Source: Bacteriovoracaceae bacterium (GTDB lineage: Bacteria > Bdellovibrionota > Bacteriovoracia > Bacteriovoracales > Bacteriovoracaceae). From it: a stretch of DNA of 25,871 nt. The stretch spans positions 1 through 25,871 of the forward strand of contig JBBDND010000126.1 of the NCBI GenBank assembly GCA_040877865.1. Direction: 5' to 3'. Of the stretch, positions 7,473 to 14,503 are shown piece by piece. Below the pieces are notes generated by a model, which was not told where the DNA came from, did not search any database, and was given only the letters and a program-made list of their open reading frames with translations. How positions within the stretch are numbered: the first letter of the stretch is position 1; each line of letters starts with the position of its first letter. The position numbers and the translations under genes are program-made.

Positions 7473-9612
7473 TTAACAAGTTATCCCACCTTCAAAAACA
7501 TATCCCCCTTGCAACGTTGATATTCTCATGGTTTTCAATACTACATTTCGGCTTTTTCAATATCTTTAGCCAGAGCGACTTGTTCATGCAACACGCTCAT
7601 TACTCCGGTGATATTGGCGGTTTAACAAATATTTATAACTTTTTTCAACTAGGTGGAGTCTTACACAGGCCTCTGTTCGGGTATATCTCTTTAGATATTG
7701 TTTTAAACTACATATTCCGGGACGAGTTTATAATACCCAAGTTGATATCTATCATTATTGGTTCATTGAACGGGTACTTGGCTGTTATCTCATTCGAAAA
7801 TTTCAAAGGGTTTAAACTAACCCTTGAGCAAAAAACCATCACGCTTTTAACGTTTACGTTTTTACCAATATTTGGATGGAGATTGCAAGCTGGCCATTAC
7901 AGCATGATGTTTGCAATTAATTTTCTCGCTTTGAATGTTTGGATTTTGTCTTGTTTTGCGGCTAAGAGCTACAAGATTAAATACTTGTTTTTTTATTTTT
8001 TGGTTCTTTTTAATCATCTGACCTATCCCCCCATCGCGCAAGTTTTTATTTACATTGGTTTATCGCTAATTCCTTTATATGTGTACTACCTGTACAAAAA
8101 CAAGGATTCCCGCTCCTACTTCCTATACTTCTCAGGATTTAACCTCTTAACCGTACTTGCGCACTTCGACCAATTTTACTTGTTTTTACAATTATCCGCC
8201 TCCGGAGAATTCTCGAGATCGTATCAACCCGCGATTTACACTTACTTTCAAGCCTCATCTAAACACTTCCTTTCAATGTTTACTTTTAATAAATACTTGC
8301 TATCCAAGGTGGAGTTCCAAAGTTTTTTGTTTCATGAGTTCAATTATCCGATTTACTTGATCTCTCTTTTCCTATTGTTGAAAAACTTCAAAAAACATAG
8401 AGCGGTTTTTTATTACTTCATGTTCATCCTGACATGTGGTGTTGTTTTAGCCGCGGGACCCTTTGGGGTGGACGAGCTTTTCAAGCAAGTCCCGCTTCTA
8501 AAATCTTTTAGGGTGCCTGCCAGGTATTTTATAATTATAAGTTACGCTCTTGTTTTCTACGCTTTTTATTGTTTGCTTGACCAGACTCGCTCCGGCCCAA
8601 AAAATCGGATATTTTATCTCATCGGTCTAATCATACTCTGCAAGTTTGTAGGCCTAATTGTCATTGAAGGGCTCTTATTACTCGCAACTTTAGGTTACGC
8701 GTTGTCCGCGCTCTTTAAAAAACACGAGCTTCAAAGCTTTTCGATCATCGTTATCGCGCTTATCGCCTTGTTGAACATAAAGTTTTTCGATGAAAATATA
8801 AGTGTTATGAAAAAAGACTCGGAGAGACTAAGCGCTCAAAAGCTTAAAATTTTAGAGTTGGTGGCTTCCAAGAACCCGCTTAATAAATACTTCATAATGA
8901 ACGAGTTGACTCTCCCGCAAAAAAACACAGGCCTCTTTTTTAAAATTGGGAACTTAGACGGATATGGATTTCCAGGCATAAGGTTTATAAAACTTCACTC
9001 ATTCTTATTAGACGAACCCTTTAACAACCAAAGAGTTGTTTATAAGAGCTTGCCCCTGGAGAAGCATAACGTACTGAACAAGATGTTTAGGCTAAAGGGG
9101 CTTTTGAGTTACAAAGATTCTGGCTGGGAATTGGAGGAATATAAAAACTACCCTGTCCGAAAAAATGTCAAAATTCACCGATATGAAGACAAAACTGAGC
9201 TTTAAAAGATATCAAAACCAAATATGAAAATAATGAGTATTTCAAAAAAAATATATTTGTAGAAGAAAAATTTCCAAAGAGCGGCGAATTGAAGGTGTGT
9301 GATTTTAAAATTTCAGAAGTTTCCTCTAGGATCGTGATTAATGACATCAAATCCATAGAATATCCCTGCTTAATAGTTTTACCGTACAATTATTCTTCAT
9401 TATTAAAAGCCAATAATTCCAAACTATACGCTGTGGACTATGTAAACATCGGCCTTTTGGTTGAGGATAAGAATAAAGAACAAATTGTTGTCTCCGCGCG
9501 GTATGATTTTAAAAATTACATCATCGCCAAAGTCGGATTATGGTTCTTTTTGTTGATTGGATTTTCGCTTTATCAGTACAAGGTTGCGCATGTAAATAAG
9601 AGAGTTCATTGA
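7469..9612 (+). pseudogene. YfhO-like GT-C membrane glycosyltransferase split by a one-base frameshift at 9201-9203 (pseudogene or sequence error)
   Basis: The 578-aa polytopic ORF (FRVPARY, NLDGYG) stops at CTT TAA (9200-9205). The -1 frame is open from 9199 to 9612 and encodes a YfhO-like tail (CLIVLPYNY...AVDYVNIGLLV...ARY...KVGLWFFLLIG plus a terminal TM). Adding one T gives a 714-aa protein. Confidence 0.7.
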
Positions 9613-9822
9613 AGTTCCTAAAATGAATATGGGGTCTTTTCTATAAATTGAATATGAAAATAAAAGGAGAGATCCGACTATGGAAAAATACCAGAAGGAT
9701 GTGGGGATATAACTTTCGCCTTTCTTTTCTGATGCCACCCACTGAATTAAAAACCTTAGGCCAAAAAGCGCCTGGCCCAAACCGCCAATTAATAGCCATA
9801 AAGCTTTGACTGTTAGCAACAA
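9538..9822 (-). CDS. Stand-alone LAB_N (lipid A biosynthesis N-terminal domain) small membrane protein
   Basis: WLLIGGLGQALFGLRFLIQWVASEKKGESYIPTSFWYFSIVGSLLLFSYSIYRKDPIFILG...IYMRNL matches the LAB_N pattern; GGAG SD before the TTG start. Confidence 0.88.
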   Translation of the reverse strand: MLLTVKALWLLIGGLGQALFGLRFLIQWVASEKKGESYIPTSFWYFSIVGSLLLFSYSIYRKDPIFILGTSMNSLIYMRNLVLIKRKSNQQKEP

Positions 9823-9857
9823 TTTTCTCCAATAAAATGCTTTCTACTAATAATTGT

Positions 9858-9865
9858 ATTATAAT
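9858..9865. promoter_or_regulatory. Palindromic ATTATAAT giving a TATAAT -10 box on both strands between the LAB_N and GT2 genes
   Basis: Lies in an 80-bp AT-rich divergent gap; no convincing -35 box on either side. Confidence 0.3.
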
Positions 9866-9902
9866 ATCATAAGTATTTTAAAGAATTAAAAAAGTAATTA
9901 TT

Positions 9903-10847
9903 ATGGATGTTTCAATAATTGTGCCCGCTTTCAACGAGGGCGACTCTATTAAAGAGCTTTATGAAGAAATTAAAAGAGCCATGTCCGACAGGGTCTACAG
10001 CTTCGAAGTCATTATTATAGATGATGGCAGTACTGACAGAAGCCACCAAGTCATTAAAAGCATAAGTGAACATGACAGCAATTTCAAATACCTTTCCATG
10101 GTTAAAAACTGCGGTAAATCTGTAGCGCTTAATGAAGGCTTTAAAGTTTCATGCGGAAAATATATTGTGACAATGGACGCGGACCTCCAAGACGACCCTA
10201 ATGAAATTCACAATTTAATTTCCAAGTTGGAGGATGGTTTTGATGTCGTAACTGGATGGAAAAAAGAACGAAAAGATCCTCTTGAAAAAAGAATTCCATC
10301 AAAAGTTTTTAACCTTGTCTTAAGAGTTGTTTCTGGATTGAAAATTAATGATTTCAATTGCGGATTAAAGATATACAAAAAAGATGTGGTCAAACATTTA
10401 AAAATTTACGGGGAACTGCATCGCTTCATCCCAATGATTCTGCATTTCAAAGGATTTAACGTTGCCGAAATTCCAGTAAAGCATCGTAAAAGAAAATATG
10501 GCAAATCCAAATACGGGCTCCACAGATACTTTGTGGGGTTCATGGATTTATTAACCATTATTTTAACTGTAAAGTTTAAAACAAGACCATTGCACCTATT
10601 TGGAGGGGTAGGTGTATTAATTTTTTTAGTTGGTTTTTTGGTTTTATCATATCTGTCTCTGTTATGGTTTTTAGATATAAGGCCCATTGAGGCCAGACCG
10701 CTTTTCTTCTTGGGCATCCTCTCAGTGCTTTCAGGCATTCAATTTGTAACTACGGGGTTAATAGCGGAGTTAATCACAAAAAATGATCCAAACTTGGAAG
10801 AGTATATTTTAAAAGACACAAACATTAATGAACAAAGCGACTTATGA
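9903..10847 (+). CDS. GT2 polyprenol-phosphate glycosyltransferase (ArnC/DPM1/GtrB-like)
   Basis: SIIVPAFNE, IIDDGSTD, NCGKSVAL, MDADLQDDP, DFNCGLK, ELHRFIP, RKYGKSKY, plus two C-terminal TM helices. Confidence 0.93.
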   Translation: MDVSIIVPAFNEGDSIKELYEEIKRAMSDRVYSFEVIIIDDGSTDRSHQVIKSISEHDSNFKYLSMVKNCGKSVALNEGFKVSCGKYIVTMDADLQDDPNEIHNLISKLEDGFDVVTGWKKERKDPLEKRIPSKVFNLVLRVVSGLKINDFNCGLKIYKKDVVKHLKIYGELHRFIPMILHFKGFNVAEIPVKHRKRKYGKSKYGLHRYFVGFMDLLTIILTVKFKTRPLHLFGGVGVLIFLVGFLVLSYLSLLWFLDIRPIEARPLFFLGILSVLSGIQFVTTGLIAELITKNDPNLEEYILKDTNINEQSDL

Positions 10848-12484
10848 ACCCTAACAAAAATTTCGCGCGGGCCTGCGCTTTAATTTTGACCCTTGCATCT
10901 GCGTCCCTTTATATTGTCCCCTTTTTTAACGAACCAATCATGGTTGATGAACACCTTATCATTACCCCCTTAAAAGAGGTTGATTCCCTGTCGGGTTTGA
11001 TTTCTAAGTACAAAGCCAAAGAAATATATGACCTTCAACCTCTAAGAGATTTAAGTCATTTGTTGGATATTAAAATTGAATCGTTAACCGGGTTCAAACA
11101 AGCGCCACTTTTTAACAATCTAATTCTTCTTTTTGCCATTTGCGCTCTAATTTTTCATATCGCTGGCCGCTATCTAAATAAAAAAAAAGCTTGTTTCCTT
11201 GTCTCTATTTTCCTATTCCATCCTTTGGTTTTTCATATCTTTGTTGAATATACCTCACGCAAACACATACTAAGCTTTTTATTCGTTTTGTTGATTATCA
11301 AGCTTTATCTGGGAACGAATTTTCAGGGGAGGGCAAATAAAGTCAAAGGTTCTTTCCTCTTTGTCTTTTCTTGCTTGTCGCAACCTATCAATATTTTTCT
11401 CCCCGTGTACACTTTTATTTTAGACCTGAATCGGGGAAAGAGAATTAAAGAGGGTCTTAAAAACAACCTTCCCCTATTTATCACGTCCTTTCTCTTTGGA
11501 ATTGGGAACCTCTACTATTTTACATTTGTTTTTAAAGAAATCACAGGTGTTTCAAAAATTACATTTTTTAACCCGGGTGAAGCTTTGCTATCATTGGGAA
11601 GGTATTTCACTCAAATTTTTCTTCCTCTGAACTTCAGCATGTTTTATTTCCAGGGTTCGGTCCTTTCTTTAATCGGGCTGCTGCTCGGAGTGGTGTTGCT
11701 TTATTTTACAATCAAAAAGTTGAAACCGCTTCACGTTTTGATTACTTGGCTGCCGTTACTTCTTATTTTTTTCACTTTAAATTATAAAGTTACGAATGTT
11801 TTTCTTTTTAATACTTATCTGCTAACCCCTCTGACGTGTTTGCTTATCTTACTGGGGTTCATATTAAAGAGAATAGCTCTTAAACCTAGTCTCATGATTC
11901 TCCCCGCTCTTTTATTCTCCATTTCTTTAAAATACTCGCTTCTTCGCGCCGACCCCTTAAACTACTTCATTACATCGTATGAAAAAGAGCCTACCTGTCA
12001 AGTGCTTCAGTCGATAGTTCACTACTCAATGGATGAGATGGATTTAAATACTTTTAGTTCATATTCCAAAGAATGGCTAAACCGCAAATGCAATTATTTT
12101 AATAAAAAAAATGTTTTTCTTCGAAACGTTATCCTATCTCACATGATTTTAATTTCTCCTGAATTTGATAAACAGAAAAAACATCGGTTTTTTGAAGAAA
12201 AATTTATCAATGAAAGAGACAAACACATTCTTTTTGCGGCAACTGAGATTCTAAGCAAGAATTCAAATTCAGCTAAAATAACAGAATATTTAGCGTTTTA
12301 CAGCTCGGTTAAAAAAAAGACTGTCTTTGTTTCGAAAGGGACTTTCGCCGGAAAAATAGTGGTTAATCATTGCCAAAAATTTTCAGAAATAAAAGGCTGT
12401 GAGGACTTTCTTGCGTATTTTAAAAGAATGGAAAATGAAAAATTTGATGTCAAATATAAGTTGAAGATAGAGACTCCTCGTTAA
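10844..12484 (+). CDS. TMTC-like GT-C membrane glycosyltransferase with soluble C-terminal helical domain
   Basis: VDEHLI acidic pair after TM1, QPLRDLS (YRPL-like), FLFHPLVFHIFVEYTSRKHIL (HP..EAV..I.GR-like), CLSQP (LSKE-like), FLPLNFSMFY, NTYLLTP (ERYLYLP-like); ATGA overlap with the GT2 gene. Confidence 0.65.
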   Translation: MNPNKNFARACALILTLASASLYIVPFFNEPIMVDEHLIITPLKEVDSLSGLISKYKAKEIYDLQPLRDLSHLLDIKIESLTGFKQAPLFNNLILLFAICALIFHIAGRYLNKKKACFLVSIFLFHPLVFHIFVEYTSRKHILSFLFVLLIIKLYLGTNFQGRANKVKGSFLFVFSCLSQPINIFLPVYTFILDLNRGKRIKEGLKNNLPLFITSFLFGIGNLYYFTFVFKEITGVSKITFFNPGEALLSLGRYFTQIFLPLNFSMFYFQGSVLSLIGLLLGVVLLYFTIKKLKPLHVLITWLPLLLIFFTLNYKVTNVFLFNTYLLTPLTCLLILLGFILKRIALKPSLMILPALLFSISLKYSLLRADPLNYFITSYEKEPTCQVLQSIVHYSMDEMDLNTFSSYSKEWLNRKCNYFNKKNVFLRNVILSHMILISPEFDKQKKHRFFEEKFINERDKHILFAATEILSKNSNSAKITEYLAFYSSVKKKTVFVSKGTFAGKIVVNHCQKFSEIKGCEDFLAYFKRMENEKFDVKYKLKIETPR

Positions 12485-12495
12485 GAGGAGTCTCT
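12469..12495. terminator. Probable (bidirectional) terminator between the convergent GT-C gene and pilA
   Basis: Perfect 11-bp stem AGAGACTCCTC-GTTAA-GAGGAGTCTCT, a few nt after the double TAA stop of pilA; U tracts are weak. Confidence 0.75.
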
Positions 12496-12504
12496 TCGCA
12501 GTTA

Positions 12505-13101
12505 TTAGTATCCCGGCTGGACAATTGTTAATTTCTTATCCTGGTTCATGTTTATTATGCTTCTATCACCATCAGCTTCTTTGCCTCCCATAATGACTCC
12601 TTCTGCCGACAGTATAAAAGTTTGGGAGTCTCCATCTGATTGAGTCCCTAAGGCAGAGGTTTGCAGCCCCGAATCCACGACTGTGGCCCCCACACCTTTG
12701 CCAGCGGCAAACCAAGTGTCTCCATCGGCGGTCGCCAAAGTACGCGAACAACTATCTGAAAACAGGCCGGAACTCTCGGCGCTTTCATATGCCGTCGCGT
12801 TTATAGCCGCGGCTTGATCAATGCCAATCGCATAATATCTTGAATCCGCTTGAGTGGAAGGGTCATACCCCATGTAGGTAAAGCAGTTGTGATAAATCCC
12901 AAAATCCCCATAAAACGCCTGTTCGGCGGTGTACGCAGCCGCTAACTGCACCTTGGCTTCGGAACTTTTAGCCTTGGCCTGATAGGTTTTAAAGTTTGGA
13001 ACAGCGACAGCAGAGAGAACTCCAATAATCGCGACAACAATCATAAGCTCTACCAGCGTAAAGCCTAACTGATTGCTCAGTCTAGTGTTAAATCTTTTCA
13101 T
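12505..13101 (-). CDS. pilA: Type IVa major pilin
   Basis: 13-aa leader ending G|[24 protein letters not shown] with Glu5; strong SD (AAGGAG); follows pilC and has its own terminator. Confidence 0.95.
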   Translation of the reverse strand: MKRFNTRLSNQLGFTLVELMIVVAIIGVLSAVAVPNFKTYQAKAKSSEAKVQLAAAYTAEQAFYGDFGIYHNCFTYMGYDPSTQADSRYYAIGIDQAAAINATAYESAESSGLFSDSCSRTLATADGDTWFAAGKGVGATVVDSGLQTSALGTQSDGDSQTFILSAEGVIMGGKEADGDRSIINMNQDKKLTIVQPGY

Positions 13102-13116
13102 TTTCTACTCCTTTCC

Positions 13117-13171
13117 CTTAAACATTGAGAGTTTAAGCTTTTAACCGAAGACTACATTGAGAGCAGTCTTC
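13117..13171 (-). promoter_or_regulatory. Twin stem-loops with identical 7-nt loop (UCUCAAU) in the pilA leader
   Basis: Minus strand GAAGACTGC-TCTCAAT-GTAGTCTTC (13171-13147) and CTTAAAC-TCTCAAT-GTTTAAG (13137-13117), immediately before the SD. Confidence 0.75.
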
Positions 13172-13264
13172 TAATATTAATATTTTAATCTAGTTCAATA
13201 ATTATTCGGCTAAAGTATTAATTAAGTTAAAAGTTTTTTTGCTTTCCTTTGTAAAACCAAACAC

Positions 13265-14494
13265 TTAGCCTCCCGCTCCGCCGGCCGACATAAAGATTGG
13301 CAGATACATGGCGATCAAAACCGTGCCAATCATGCCGCCTAAGCCAACTAAAATTGCCGGTTCTATCAGTTTGGTCATATTTTCAATCAGCTCTTCCGTT
13401 TCTTGCTCAAAAACATCCGCCACTTTGATAAGCATCTCGTCCAGGTTGCCGGTGGATTCTCCAACTTTCACCATTTGATTCACCAAAGGCGGAAAGTAGC
13501 GAATTCGTCCCAGGGGCTCGGTGATAGACTTCCCTTTCATAACCGCTTCTCTGACGCCTCGGATGTCTTTTTGGATTTGGGTGTTGTCTATGGTTTCGAT
13601 GCACACATCCAACGCCTCCAAAAGATCCACCCCGGCGCTAAGCATAGTGGCTAAGGTTCTGGTGAACCCGGAGAGATTGCCTTTAATTATAATTCCTCCA
13701 AACACCGGCGTTTTCATGGTGAAGCGGTCCCATTTTATTTTGCCTTCTTTGGTTTTAATAAAATTGACGAATAAAAAGCCGCCCACCGCAAAGGCCGGCA
13801 ACATTAAAAGCGTGTATTCTTGGAAGAAGTCGGAAGTGTCGATAACAAATTGAGTTACTCCTGGAATTTCCTGCCCGGAATCTTCCAACATGCCTACAAA
13901 TTGTGGAACAACAAACACCATCAGCCCCCACGTGACCGCCAGTCCAATCACCAAAACAATGATGGGATAGGTCATGGCGCCTTTTATCTTTTTCTTTATG
14001 GCCTCTTGTTTTTCCATGAATTCGCTAAGCTTGTTTAGAATGGTGTCCAAGATCCCCGCGGACTCTCCCGCTTTCACTAGCGAACAATAAAGTTTGTCAA
14101 AGCCTTTTTGAGCGGACATGCCCTCATGCAAAGATTTCCCCCCGCCCACGTCTTCCATCACTTTTTTGATGGCGACTTTTAAGGAAGGATTTTTTTCCTG
14201 CTTTGCTAAAATTTCCATGCACTCCAAGATGGGAACGCCGGCGTTTATGAGAATGGAGAGCTGTTTGGTGAAGCGGTTCAGCTCCAGTTTGCCAAAAGGC
14301 TTAACAAAGCCTTTTTCAACCATGAGCATGCCAAGGTCAATATCCAACGGACTGGGAGCGACGACTTTTTTGGTCCGCACGCCTTGGCGACGCAACAAGC
14401 GCTTAACGTGCCTGACGTCTTTGCCATCGATCTCGCCTTGGACCTTTTTGCCCTCGGCGTTTACTCCTTCGTATTTAAACTTTCCTTGCGCCAT
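13265..14494 (-). CDS. pilC: Type IV pilus inner-membrane platform protein PilC
   Basis: T2SSF family: FTKQLSILINAGVPI, AGESAGILD, KIKGAMTYP, FTRTLATMLSAGV, VGESTGNLD, MYLPIF. Confidence 0.97.
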   Translation of the reverse strand: MAQGKFKYEGVNAEGKKVQGEIDGKDVRHVKRLLRRQGVRTKKVVAPSPLDIDLGMLMVEKGFVKPFGKLELNRFTKQLSILINAGVPILECMEILAKQEKNPSLKVAIKKVMEDVGGGKSLHEGMSAQKGFDKLYCSLVKAGESAGILDTILNKLSEFMEKQEAIKKKIKGAMTYPIIVLVIGLAVTWGLMVFVVPQFVGMLEDSGQEIPGVTQFVIDTSDFFQEYTLLMLPAFAVGGFLFVNFIKTKEGKIKWDRFTMKTPVFGGIIIKGNLSGFTRTLATMLSAGVDLLEALDVCIETIDNTQIQKDIRGVREAVMKGKSITEPLGRIRYFPPLVNQMVKVGESTGNLDEMLIKVADVFEQETEELIENMTKLIEPAILVGLGGMIGTVLIAMYLPIFMSAGGAGG

Positions 14495-14503
14495 TAGTTA
14501 TTC

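Noticed and set aside
9200-9230. prfB-style programmed +1 frameshift at CUU-UAA
   Set aside because: The +1 frame reaches TGA within about 8 codons; the productive frame is -1, and no in-frame X-XXY-YYZ slippery heptamer is present.
11180-12318. Poly-A runs of 8-9 nt in the TMTC-like gene (11180-11188, 12104-12111, 12311-12318) as phase-variation tracts
   Set aside because: They are in frame, encode Lys runs and are expected in AT-rich DNA; the sequence alone gives no evidence of variation.
5969-12475. Invertase-type inverted repeats flanking the cassette
   Set aside because: Only a 6-bp match, expected by chance; no recombinase gene in the window.
12505-13062. PilA as a conductive e-pilin (aromatics at mature positions 1, 24, 27, 50, 51, 57; about 20 of 185 residues)
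   Set aside because: Aromatic-free gaps of 30 and 35 residues in the C-terminal half; these positions are generally conserved in this pilin clade; the e-pilus criterion itself is disputed.
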